NCBI GenBank assembly: GCA_964016885.1
Contig: OZ024747.1
Span: 67,208,001-67,272,000, forward strand
DNA length: 64,000 nucleotides
Direction: 5' to 3'
Origin: Eledone cirrhosa
Lineage: Eukaryota
Made by a program: the position numbers and the translations under genes. The notes under the pieces are model-generated. The model was not told where the DNA came from. It was given only the letters and a program-made list of their open reading frames with translations, and made no database searches. Below are positions 12,828 to 24,404 of this stretch, in pieces. The stretch's first letter is position 1; the number at the start of each line of letters is the position of its first letter.

Positions 12828-13370
12828 GTTAATTACATACCATACAAGCAATAACAAATCCAAGACATTGAAGAATGAAAAATAATAGAAGATAAAGGAT
12901 ATTAAGGAAGTAAAAGTAAAAATAAGAGTAAAAATAAAAATAAAAATAAAAATAAAATAATAAAATAAACAATGAAAAATAAGGGGTGCTATCAGTCACA
13001 GTTGGGCGGGGTGCTGTCAACATATAGTTACATACAAGCATACACATGGATAAGAGAACAGACAAGAGTAGATAAGATAGATAGGATTAGGTAAGAGTAG
13101 GTAAAAAATAGGTGAAAAACAGACTTATAATATATATAAAGAAGAAAATATAAAGAAATATATAACAAACTTACATATAAAATATAAAATATACAGATAA
13201 TAGGGATACAGGGTAAGGAATGAAATAAAATAATATAAAATTAAAATTAAAATTATATAAAATAGAACATAATATAATATAATCATAAAATAAGATAAAA
13301 TAAGGTAAACTAAAATAAAATAAAATAGACTAAAGTAAAATAATATAATATAAGATATAATTAAATGTAA

Positions 13371-13422
<52 letters not shown>

Positions 13423-15031
13423 AATTAAATAAATAAATAAAATTAAAATTAAAATTAAATTTAAATAAATAAATAAATAAATAAATAAGTAAATAAATAA
13501 ATAAGTAAATAAATAAATGAAATTAAATAAGTAAATAAATAAAATTAGATAAAATGAAATGAAATAAAATAAAATAAAATGAAATAAAGTAAATTGAGAT
13601 AAGATATATATTTTTTTAGAATATATCTCTTGAATATATCAGGGGCCCACGAAGGCACTAAGTGTCACTGTTATCCGTATCACTTGACCATTTTTTTAAA
13701 ATATATTTCTTGAAAATATCAGGGGCCCACGAAGGCACTAAGTGTCACAGTCACCAGTATCACTTGACCATTGCAAGGCAATGGAGGCGTCCCAGGTTGG
13801 GCAGTCTCAAAAGTTCACTCGAAAGTCACGGGTGTGCATTCACACAGTTGAGCGGTGGGGTAATCACAAACCGGTTCACACCCGGGCAGGAGTCCAATGG
13901 TCAAACAGAGGTGCATCGAAGGAAGGTAGGAGAATTCACGTGCAGTAGCAAGCGAGGTGCAGGCGGGTTAGCCAAAGCAAGCAGACACAGTTGGAGCGCA
14001 TACAAAAGATATATAAAAAGACAAAAGATATATAAAAAAGATATATAAAAAATAGCTTCAAGAGCCATGAACTCACCGCATTGGGACATCACAAGATTGT
14101 ACACATCAATATGTTCAGCACGTATATGCACATATACACACCACATGCATATGCAGAGACGGTATACATGTATATATATATATTTTTTATATATACAGAC
14201 ATATACAACCACCTACACCCATACACATATAAATGTATACACAGACACACACGCACACACACACAGCGTAGGACACCCGGGTCAAAGCTGATATTAAACA
14301 CCGAAATACCACATTAGGCAAAACCCACCACCACGGATAATACATTCAAAATAAATACATACGATGAGATGTAGTAAAATAAAGTTGAATTCCTACGGAG
14401 ATAATCATGTCCGCACGTGCCATTGCCCGATTCAAGTGTACACAGACCGTTAGTAACTACGGAGGGCTATCGGGGCCAAAACGTTACTTTCGGGATCATA
14501 ACAACGACCGTCAATATATGGAAGGCCGATCGTGCTAGAAAGACTACAACTCCGGGCAAGAGCTCCCAGAAGTCAGCCTGTAGATCTTAAACCACAGAAT
14601 ATGAGGGCAACACGTACATGCGCCACGTATCTACTGCTTACGGCGGGATGGCACAGGTCCGCCCACAGTTACAGGCTAAATTTCTATTAGTGCAGCCTAT
14701 ATCACAGTACACGCTCTACATAGATACATTACATCACAACTCATGCGCATACAGAGGTACAGATCCACAAGATATACGTCAGGATAGACCCACCAGTGCA
14801 CCAATGGTGGGTAGGCGAGCGTGGATGGGTTACATCCGCTGTGCCAAACAGGGGTGCTTATTAACATACACACCCACTCACCTGTACACCCCAATATCCA
14901 GATCAATATCCTCCCGCAGGCATACGTATACACTCACCGACTCATATACATAGAAGACCAACAATAGGAGACAGTTACACACAATCAGAGACAGTTACAC
15001 AAGATAGCCCAACTGGAGAAATAAGGAAGTG

Positions 15032-17563
15032 CTAGCTAACAGGTTTAAAGTAGAAGAAAGAGCTTAATATTCGGTGGGGGCAAGAGGAAAATATTTCAGA
15101 CTTTCTATTTAGTAGAGGGCATTTAGCAAATATAATAGAGTGGGATTCGGCAAGGCATAGGTTACATACTCTATTATGAGGAGTATATGGATGGGATTTA
15201 GCAACCTGCCGCCAAGTAAGTGTGTAATGTGTTCGTGCATTTTTTAAATTATGGACGTACGCTGCCAAGGAGGTGGAGTTCCTCAGTTTATTATGTCTAA
15301 AAGTGCATTGGTGAGAGTTAAACCTGGTCTTAAAGGGGGTGGAGGTTGATCCTATATAGGTTTTAGTGGACGCCGTAGTTACCACATCACACGCATAAAC
15401 TATGTTTCTAACAAGGCAGAAACCATTCAGGGGGCAGCCTGAAGCCCTTCTACAGTTACAACCTCTGGTGATGCTATTCTCAGAATGATCACCACTTGTG
15501 TTTCTGCCCACTCTGTCCACTACCGTGTTTTCCCCTAGGCTTAGGTTGTCCAGGCCTTCCTTTATTTTCTTATTATTAGTAATGGCCAGATGAGAGGCCA
15601 GATTTTGGGTTGTAGAATACGAAAGTTTAACAACATTCTTATTGAGGATAGAGTGGTACCTATTACCAGGAGGGAAGTTCCTTTCTAACACAGAGAAGAA
15701 GGCCCTAGGAATATTTATAGCCACTTCAGAATTAAAAGGGGGGTTGAAGTATGTATTCAATCTTCTTCTATTCTTTTTATTCTTTCTATTTCCATCACTA
15801 TTATTAGCATTATTATTTCTACGGTTACTATGCTCACCTAGTCTATGCGGGGAGCTGCGAAGCATACCATTGCTATTACTTAGACTAATGGTGCCCTGCT
15901 GGTTCATTCCACCGGCATTTAGAAACCTCCCATTCGCGACACCTCTATTGCTATTACTTAGACTAGTGGTGCCCTGCTGCTTCATTCCACCGGCATTTAG
16001 AACCCTCCCATTCGCGACACCTCCATTACCAATGGACATATTATGTGTTATAACAACACTGGTAGAGCTATTATTAGGACTATTATTTCCCTGGGTGTAA
16101 TACAATTTGTCCCTAAAGCCGGATCTAGCTAAGGCATCATTATAGTAATCAGCCTGCGAGTCAAACGCCTCCTCACTATGTGAGAGTGAACTTATTCTGT
16201 TAGATACGCCCTTCAGTATACCGCTGATGACCGACCTAGGGTGGTTAGAGTTGGTATTCACGTAAGTCAGCAATTCATTAGGCTTATGGTACGGTGTGTA
16301 CGTATGGTTATCCAAGTCCAATGTAACATCCAGGAAGTTCACAGTTCTATCATTTATATCCATAGTAATGGATAGGTTAAATGTTTTAAAAAAACTATGC
16401 AGCTTTTTCCTAATGCGCACTATATTATACTTACTAGTATCTATGGAGAGTAGGGCGTCATCCCGGTACAACCCGCCCCTAAGGAAAGGGAAGTTACTAT
16501 GCAGTTCATTGAGGAGGTATAGCCCAACTAAGTCGGTGACTTGAGCAGAGTCACTCGACCCCATAGTAATGTCAAAATTATCAGGTGTGTTTTTTCTCGT
16601 CCATAGATTATCCTCAAACATGATAATGGTTTTACGTGCAGCGAGAACAATATCTATCTGTGGCCTTGTAATTGCCCCCCTCTGCATGGCTAGGATGAGG
16701 GCCTTATTGAGGATAATAGGAGATATAGATGTATAATAAGCATCAATATCAAATTGGATGAATTTGAGTGAGTCACGACCACAATCCGTAGAGAACCACC
16801 TAATGACCTCACTAGTGTTACCCCAAAGCTCAAGGAAAGTTTTTTCTCTAACCAGGGGAATAACGCTATCCAAGATTCCCTTACTAATAATCCCCAGGTC
16901 AGACTTGGAGGGGCAGATAAGCCTAACTGAGGGTCTGCTAATAAAATCTTCCTTGTGGTCCTTGAGGGTGAATCTAGGCTGCTTGGGGTAATAAGGCTGA
17001 GTGTGTTTATCCAGACCTAGTTTTACCACTATGTTATACCCCTCCAGATTAATATTATCTAAATTACTCTGCGTTGTTTTTTTGTAGTTCCTATGTAGTT
17101 CATTATAAATGAAGCCTCGATAGGTTTTATAATCCATACTATATAAGTTTTTAGTTTTGTCAGAGGGGACCAGAATGGATTTATTATCCCTAAAGTCCCT
17201 AACGATTGAACTTAGTTTACTCTGAAATTTATTGGTACATCTAGATTTTTTATATCTAATATTCCTAACAAGGGATAATAGCTCACTTTCGAAGTTATCC
17301 AACAGGCTATTATGCGGGGGGCTCCTATAGGTCTTAAATCCATAATTATTAAAACTACGCCTCTCTTCAGGGCTATCATACTTCTTATCAAAATGGAACG
17401 CACGCCACCGAACACGTTTTACGAATGAGTTTATGCTAGTTATCAGTGATTTCTCATATGAGATTTTAGGGGGGGTGGGAATATTCTTCAAGGAAATGGG
17501 TAAGTATGTCTTTGTTAGCATACTGCCTGATAATATACAAGGACACAAATCCACGTATATCAA
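15032..17563 (-). CDS. Penelope-like reverse transcriptase + GIY-YIG endonuclease (Naiad-like), intact
   Basis: SLKNIP, PSDKT, IQFDIDAYY, ITMGS, YRDD, NFLDVTL, YFNPPF, CNCR..CPL.G.C, IVY..YIG, CNLC..E, LNRKSE..CPH motifs; first ATG 14 codons into the ORF. Confidence 0.92.
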   Translation of the reverse strand: MIYVDLCPCILSGSMLTKTYLPISLKNIPTPPKISYEKSLITSINSFVKRVRWRAFHFDKKYDSPEERRSFNNYGFKTYRSPPHNSLLDNFESELLSLVRNIRYKKSRCTNKFQSKLSSIVRDFRDNKSILVPSDKTKNLYSMDYKTYRGFIYNELHRNYKKTTQSNLDNINLEGYNIVVKLGLDKHTQPYYPKQPRFTLKDHKEDFISRPSVRLICPSKSDLGIISKGILDSVIPLVREKTFLELWGNTSEVIRWFSTDCGRDSLKFIQFDIDAYYTSISPIILNKALILAMQRGAITRPQIDIVLAARKTIIMFEDNLWTRKNTPDNFDITMGSSDSAQVTDLVGLYLLNELHSNFPFLRGGLYRDDALLSIDTSKYNIVRIRKKLHSFFKTFNLSITMDINDRTVNFLDVTLDLDNHTYTPYHKPNELLTYVNTNSNHPRSVISGILKGVSNRISSLSHSEEAFDSQADYYNDALARSGFRDKLYYTQGNNSPNNSSTSVVITHNMSIGNGGVANGRVLNAGGMKQQGTTSLSNSNRGVANGRFLNAGGMNQQGTISLSNSNGMLRSSPHRLGEHSNRRNNNANNSDGNRKNKKNRRRLNTYFNPPFNSEVAINIPRAFFSVLERNFPPGNRYHSILNKNVVKLSYSTTQNLASHLAITNNKKIKEGLDNLSLGENTVVDRVGRNTSGDHSENSITRGCNCRRASGCPLNGFCLVRNIVYACDVVTTASTKTYIGSTSTPFKTRFNSHQCTFRHNKLRNSTSLAAYVHNLKNARTHYTLTWRQVAKSHPYTPHNRVCNLCLAESHSIIFAKCPLLNRKSEIFSSCPHRILSSFFYFKPVS

Positions 17564-17723
17564 AGTTTAAGCTCAACCAATGGGAGCCGTATAGTATACT
17601 AGGGAGAGGATCAGGGGTGTATAACACTCTACTTATCCAGCAGGCAGTATAAGGTTAGCTCGATGTCCGAGGACAGAGCCGTGATATAATAAATAACAAA
17701 GAACGCCTATAGCATATGCATAT

Positions 17724-17781
17724 CTTTACTTGCTAACATTGTTTCATCCGCACTATAAGTGGGACTCATCAGAGCATAAAG
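17724..17781 (-). ncRNA. Minimal type I hammerhead ribozyme in pLTR
   Basis: Same sequence as 19284-19341, reverse strand. Confidence 0.75.
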
Positions 17782-18329
17782 GTTAATTACATACCATACA
17801 AGCAATAACAAATCCAAGACATTGAAGAATGAAAAATAATAGAAGATAAAGGATATTAAGGAAGTAAAAGTAAAAATAAGAGTAAAAATAAAAATAAAAA
17901 AAAAATAAAAAAAAAATAATAAAATAAACAATGAAAAATAAGGGGTGCTATCAGTCACAGTTGGGCGGGGTGCTGTCAACATATAGTTACATACAAGCAT
18001 ACACATGGATAAGAGAAAAGACAAGAGTAGATAAGATAGATAGGATTAGGTAAGAGTAGGTAAAAAATAGGTGAAAAACAGACTTATAATATATATAAAG
18101 AAGAAAATATAAAGAAATATATAACAAACTTACATATAAAATATAAAATATACAGATAATAGTGATACAGGGTAAGGAATGAAATAAAATAATATAAAAT
18201 TAAAATTAAAATTATATAAAATAGAACATAATATAATATAATCATAAAATAAGATAAAATAAGGTAAACTAAAATAAAATAAAATAGACTAAAGTAAAAT
18301 AATATAATATGAGATATAATTAAATGTAA

Positions 18330-18361
<32 letters not shown>

Positions 18362-19283
18362 AATTAAATAAATAAATAAAATTAAAATTAAAATTAAATT
18401 TAAATAAATAAATAAATAAATAAATAAGTAAATAAATAAATAAGTAAATAAATAAATGAAATTAAATAAGTAAATAAATAAAATTAGATAAAATGAAATG
18501 AAATAAAATAAAATAAAATGAAATAAAGTAAATTGAGATAAGATATATATTTTTATTTTATTTTATTTCATTTCATTTTATCTAATTTTATTTATTTACT
18601 TATTTAATTTCATTTATTTATTTACTTATTTATTTATTTACTTATTTATTTATTTATTTATTTATTTAAATTTAATTTTAATTTTAATTTTATTTATTTA
18701 TTTAATTTTATTTATTTATTTATTTATTTATTTAATTACATTTAATTATATCTTATATTATATTATTTTACTTTAGTCTATTTTATTTTATTTTAGTTTA
18801 CCTTATTTTATCTTATTTTATGATTATATTATATTATGTTCTATTTTATATAATTTTAATTTTAATTTTATATTATTTTATTTCATTCCTTACCCTGTAT
18901 CACTATTATCTGTATATTTTATATTTTATATGTAAGTTTGTTATATATTTCTTTATATTTTCTTCTTTATATATATTATAAGTCTGTTTTTCACCTATTT
19001 TTTACCTACTCTTACCTAATCCTATCTATCTTATCTACTCTTGTCTTTTCTCTTATCCATGTGTATGCTTGTATGTAACTATATGTTGACAGCACCCCGC
19101 CCAACTGTGACTGATAGCACCCCTTATTTTTCATTGTTTATTTTATTATTTTTTTTTTATTTTTTTTTTATTTTTATTTTTACTCTTATTTTTACTTTTA
19201 CTTCCTTAATATCCTTTATCTTCTATTATTTTTCATTCTTCAATGTCTTGGATTTGTTATTGCTTGTATGGTATGTAATTAAC

Positions 19284-19341
19284 CTTTATGCTCTGATGAG
19301 TCCCACTTATAGTGCGGATGAAACAATGTTAGCAAGTAAAG
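19284..19341 (+). ncRNA. Minimal type I hammerhead ribozyme in pLTR
   Basis: CTTTATGCT CTGATGA GTCC-CACTTATAGTG-C-GGAT GAAAC AAT GTT AGCAAGTAAAG: stem I, core, stem II, short stem III, GUU triplet. Confidence 0.75.
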
Positions 19342-19501
19342 ATATGCATATGCTATAGGCGTTCTTTGTTATTTATTATATCACGGCTCTGTCCTCGGAC
19401 ATCGAGCTAACCTTATACTGCCTGCTGGATAAGTAGAGTGTTATACACCCCTGATCCTCTCCCTAGTATACTATACGGCTCCCATTGGTTGAGCTTAAAC
19501 T

Positions 19502-22033
19502 TTGATATACGTGGATTTGTGTCCTTGTATATTATCAGGCAGTATGCTAACAAAGACATACTTACCCATTTCCTTGAAGAATATTCCCACCCCCCCTAAA
19601 ATCTCATATGAGAAATCACTGATAACTAGCATAAACTCATTCGTAAAACGTGTTCGGTGGCGTGCGTTCCATTTTGATAAGAAGTATGATAGCCCTGAAG
19701 AGAGGCGTAGTTTTAATAATTATGGATTTAAGACCTATAGGAGCCCCCCGCATAATAGCCTGTTGGATAACTTCGAAAGTGAGCTATTATCCCTTGTTAG
19801 GAATATTAGATATAAAAAATCTAGATGTACCAATAAATTTCAGAGTAAACTAAGTTCAATCGTTAGGGACTTTAGGGATAATAAATCCATTCTGGTCCCC
19901 TCTGACAAAACTAAAAACTTATATAGTATGGATTATAAAACCTATCGAGGCTTCATTTATAATGAACTACATAGGAACTACAAAAAAACAACGCAGAGTA
20001 ATTTAGATAATATTAATCTGGAGGGGTATAACATAGTGGTAAAACTAGGTCTGGATAAACACACTCAGCCTTATTACCCCAAGCAGCCTAGATTCACCCT
20101 CAAGGACCACAAGGAAGATTTTATTAGCAGACCCTCAGTTAGGCTTATCTGCCCCTCCAAGTCTGACCTGGGGATTATTAGTAAGGGAATCTTGGATAGC
20201 GTTATTCCCCTGGTTAGAGAAAAAACTTTCCTTGAGCTTTGGGGTAACACTAGTGAGGTCATTAGGTGGTTCTCTACGGATTGTGGTCGTGACTCACTCA
20301 AATTCATCCAATTTGATATTGATGCTTATTATACATCTATATCTCCTATTATCCTCAATAAGGCCCTCATCCTAGCCATGCAGAGGGGGGCAATTACAAG
20401 GCCACAGATAGATATTGTTCTCGCTGCACGTAAAACCATTATCATGTTTGAGGATAATCTATGGACGAGAAAAAACACACCTGATAATTTTGACATTACT
20501 ATGGGGTCGAGTGACTCTGCTCAAGTCACCGACTTAGTTGGGCTATACCTCCTCAATGAACTGCATAGTAACTTCCCTTTCCTTAGGGGCGGGTTGTACC
20601 GGGATGACGCCCTACTCTCCATAGATACTAGTAAGTATAATATAGTGCGCATTAGGAAAAAGCTGCATAGTTTTTTTAAAACATTTAACCTATCCATTAC
20701 TATGGATATAAATGATAGAACTGTGAACTTCCTGGATGTTACATTGGACTTGGATAACCATACGTACACACCGTACCATAAGCCTAATGAATTGCTGACT
20801 TACGTGAATACCAACTCTAACCACCCTAGGTCGGTCATCAGCGGTATACTGAAGGGCGTATCTAACAGAATAAGTTCACTCTCACATAGTGAGGAGGCGT
20901 TTGACTCGCAGGCTGATTACTATAATGATGCCTTAGCTAGATCCGGCTTTAGGGACAAATTGTATTACACCCAGGGAAATAATAGTCCTAATAGTAGCTC
21001 TACCAGTGTTGTTATAACACATAATATGTCCATTGGTAATGGAGGTGTCGCGAATGGGAGGGTTCTAAATGCCGGTGGAATGAAGCAGCAGGGCACCACT
21101 AGTCTAAGTAATAGCAATAGAGGTGTCGCGAATGGGAGGTTTCTAAATGCCGGTGGAATGAACCAGCAGGGCACCATTAGTCTAAGTAATAGCAATGGTA
21201 TGCCTCGCAGCTCCCCGCATAGACTAGGTGAGCATAGTAACCGTAGAAATAATAATGCTAATAATAGTGATGGAAATAGAAAGAATAAAAAGAATAGAAG
21301 AAGATTGAATACATACTTCAACCCCCCTTTTAATTCTGAAGTGGCTATAAATATTCCTAGGGCCTTCTTCTCTGTGTTAGAAAGGAACTTCCCTCCTGGT
21401 AATAGGTACCACTCTATCCTCAATAAGAATGTTGTTAAACTTTCGTATTCTACAATCCAAAATCTGGCCTCTCATCTGGCCATTACTAATAATAAGAAAA
21501 TAAAGGAAGGCCTGGACAACCTAAGCCTAGGGGAAAACACGGTAGTGGACAGAGTGGGCAGAAACACAAGTGGTGATCATTCTGAGAATAGCATCACCAG
21601 AGGTTGTAACTGTAGAAGGGCTTCAGGCTGCCCCCTGAATGGTTTCTGCCTTGTTAGAAACATAGTTTATGCGTGTGATGTGGTAACTACGACGTCCACT
21701 AAAACCTATATAGGATCAACCTCCACCCCCTTTAAGACCAGGTTTAACTCTCACCAATGCACTTTTAGACATAATAAACTGAGGAACTCCACCTCCTTGG
21801 CAGCGTACGTCCATAATTTAAAAAATGCACGAACACATTACACACTTACTTGGCGGCAGGTTGCTAAATCCCATCCATATACTCCTCATAATAGAGTATG
21901 TAACCTATGCCTTGCCGAATCCCACTCTATTATATTTGCTAAATGCCCTCTACTAAATAGAAAGTCTGAAATATTTTCCTCTTGCCCCCACCGAATATTA
22001 AGCTCTTTCTTCTACTTTAAACCTGTTAGCTAG
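19502..22033 (+). CDS. Penelope-like reverse transcriptase + GIY-YIG endonuclease (Naiad-like), intact
   Basis: Same motifs as 15032-17563; four amino-acid differences seen between the copies; likely ATG at 19544. Confidence 0.92.
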   Translation: MIYVDLCPCILSGSMLTKTYLPISLKNIPTPPKISYEKSLITSINSFVKRVRWRAFHFDKKYDSPEERRSFNNYGFKTYRSPPHNSLLDNFESELLSLVRNIRYKKSRCTNKFQSKLSSIVRDFRDNKSILVPSDKTKNLYSMDYKTYRGFIYNELHRNYKKTTQSNLDNINLEGYNIVVKLGLDKHTQPYYPKQPRFTLKDHKEDFISRPSVRLICPSKSDLGIISKGILDSVIPLVREKTFLELWGNTSEVIRWFSTDCGRDSLKFIQFDIDAYYTSISPIILNKALILAMQRGAITRPQIDIVLAARKTIIMFEDNLWTRKNTPDNFDITMGSSDSAQVTDLVGLYLLNELHSNFPFLRGGLYRDDALLSIDTSKYNIVRIRKKLHSFFKTFNLSITMDINDRTVNFLDVTLDLDNHTYTPYHKPNELLTYVNTNSNHPRSVISGILKGVSNRISSLSHSEEAFDSQADYYNDALARSGFRDKLYYTQGNNSPNSSSTSVVITHNMSIGNGGVANGRVLNAGGMKQQGTTSLSNSNRGVANGRFLNAGGMNQQGTISLSNSNGMPRSSPHRLGEHSNRRNNNANNSDGNRKNKKNRRRLNTYFNPPFNSEVAINIPRAFFSVLERNFPPGNRYHSILNKNVVKLSYSTIQNLASHLAITNNKKIKEGLDNLSLGENTVVDRVGRNTSGDHSENSITRGCNCRRASGCPLNGFCLVRNIVYACDVVTTTSTKTYIGSTSTPFKTRFNSHQCTFRHNKLRNSTSLAAYVHNLKNARTHYTLTWRQVAKSHPYTPHNRVCNLCLAESHSIIFAKCPLLNRKSEIFSSCPHRILSSFFYFKPVS

Positions 22034-23640
22034 CACTTCCTTATTTCTCCAGTTGGGCTATCTTGTGTAACTGTCTCTGATTGTGTGTAACTGTCTCCTA
22101 TTGTTGGTCTTCTATGTATATGAGTCGGTGAGTGTATACGTATGCCTGCGGGAGGATATTGATCTGGATATTGGGGTGTACAGGTGAGTGGGTGTGTATG
22201 TTAATAAGCACCCCTGTTTGGCACAGCGGATGTAACCCATCCACGCTCGCCTACCCACCATTGGTGCACTGGTGGGTCTATCCTGACGTATATCTTGTGG
22301 ATCTGTACCTCTGTATGCGCATGAGTTGTGATGTAATGTATCTATGTAGAGCGTGTACTGTGATATAGGCTGCACTAATAGAAATTTAGCCTGTAACTGT
22401 GGGCGGACCTGTGCCATCCCGCTGTAAGCAGTAGATACGTGGCGCATGTACGTGTTGCCCTCATATTCTGTGGTTTAAGATCTACAGGCTGACTTCTGGG
22501 AGCTCTTGCCCGGAGTTGTAGTCTTTCTAGCACGATCGGCCTTCCATATATTGACGGTCGTTGTTATGATCCCGAAAGTAACGTTTTGGCCCCGATAGCC
22601 CTCCGTAGTTACTAACGGTCTGTGTACACTTGAATCGGGCAATGGCACGTGCGGACATGATTATCTCCGTAGGAATTCAACTTTATTTTACTACATCTCA
22701 TCGTATGTATTTATTTTGAATGTATTATCCGTGGTGGTGGGTCTTGCCTAATGTGGTATTTCGGTGTTTAATATCAGCTTTGACCCGGGTGTCCTACGCT
22801 GTGTGTGTGTGCGTGTGTGTCTGTGTATACATTTATATGTGTATGGGTGTAGGTGGTTGTATATGTCTGTATATATAAAAATATATATATATATATATGT
22901 ATACCGTCTCATATGCATGTGGTGTGTATATGTGCATATACGTGCTGAACATATTGATGTGTACAATCTTGTGATGTCCCAATGCGGTGAGTTCATGGCT
23001 CTTGAAGCTATTTTTTATATATCTTTTTTATATATCTTTTGTCTTTTTATATATCTTTTGTATGCGCTCCAACTGTGTCTGCTTGCTTTGGCTAACCCGC
23101 CTGCACCTCGCTTGCTACTGCACGTGAATTCTCCTACCTTCCTTCGATGCACCTCTGTTTGACCATTGGACTCCTGCGCGGGTGTGAACCGGTTTGTGAT
23201 TACCCCACCGCTCAACTGTGTGAATGCACACCCGTGACTTTCGAGTGAACTTTTGAGACTGCCCAACCTGGGACGCCTCCATTGCCTTGCAATGGTCAAG
23301 TGATACTGGTGACTGTGACACTTAGTGCCTTCGTGGGCCCCTGATATTTTCAAGAAATATATTTTAAAAAAATGGTCAAGTGATACGGATAACTGTGATA
23401 CTTAGTGCCTTCGTGGGCCCCTGATATATTCAAGAGATATATTCTAAAAAAATATATATCTTATCTCAATTTACTTTATTTCATTTTATTTTATTTTATT
23501 TCATTTCATTTTATCTAATTTTATTTATTTACTTATTTAATTTCATTTATTTATTTACTTATTTATTTATTTACTTATTTATTTATTTATTTATTTATTT
23601 AAATTTAATTTTAATTTTAATTTTATTTATTTATTTAATT

Positions 23641-23684
<44 letters not shown>

Positions 23685-24233
23685 TTACATTTAATTATAT
23701 CTTATATTATATTATTTTACTTTAGTCTATTTTATTTTATTTTAGTTTACCTTATTTTATCTTATTTTATGATTATATTATATTATGTTCTATTTTATAT
23801 AATTTTAATTTTATATTATTTTATTTCATTCCTTACCCTGTATCACTATTATCTGTATATTTTATATTTTATATGTAAGTTTGTTATATATTTCTTTATA
23901 TTTTCTTCTTTATATATATTATAAGTCTGTTTTTCACCTATTTTTTACCTACTCTTACCTAATCCTATCTATCTTATCTACTCTTGTCTGTTCTCTTATC
24001 CATGTGTATGCTTGTATGTAACTATATGTTGACAGCACCCCGTCCAACTGTGACTGATAGCACCCCTTATTTTTCATTGTTTATTTTATTATTTTATTTT
24101 TATTTTTATTTTTATTTTTATTTTTATTTTTACTCTTATTTTTACTTTTACTTCCTTAATATCCTTTATCTTCTATTATTTTTCATTCTTCAATGTCTTG
24201 GATTTGTTATTGCTTGTATGGTATGTAATTAAC

Positions 24234-24291
24234 CTTTATGCTCTGATGAGTCCCACTTATAGTGCGGATGAAACAATGTTAGCAAGTAAAG
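24234..24291 (+). ncRNA. Minimal type I hammerhead ribozyme in 3' pLTR
   Basis: Same sequence as 19284-19341. Confidence 0.75.
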
Positions 24292-24326
24292 ATATGCATA
24301 TGCTATAGGCGTTCTTTGTTATTTAT

Positions 24327-24404
<78 letters not shown>

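Larger units (their letters stand above)
12639..18550 (-). mobile_element. Full-length Penelope-like retroelement (Naiad-like) with two pLTRs; left arm of the palindrome
   Basis: RT+GIY-YIG ORF flanked by ~950-bp direct repeats (12639-13610 and 17592-18550), each containing a hammerhead; ends in (TA)n. Confidence 0.9.
18551..24330 (+). mobile_element. Full-length Penelope-like retroelement (Naiad-like) with two pLTRs; right arm of the palindrome
   Basis: pLTRs at ~18551-19473 and ~23455-24330 flank the ORF and ~1.4 kb 3' UTR; ends in (TA)n. Confidence 0.9.

Noticed and set aside
15642-16991. Antisense ORFs inside the Penelope ORFs (and their mirrors)
   Set aside because: Shadows of the RT coding strand with no motifs of their own
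19502-23450. Selenoprotein-type Naiad (in-frame UGA plus SECIS)
   Set aside because: The ORF is open without internal UGA and ends in TAG; no SECIS could be supported by eye
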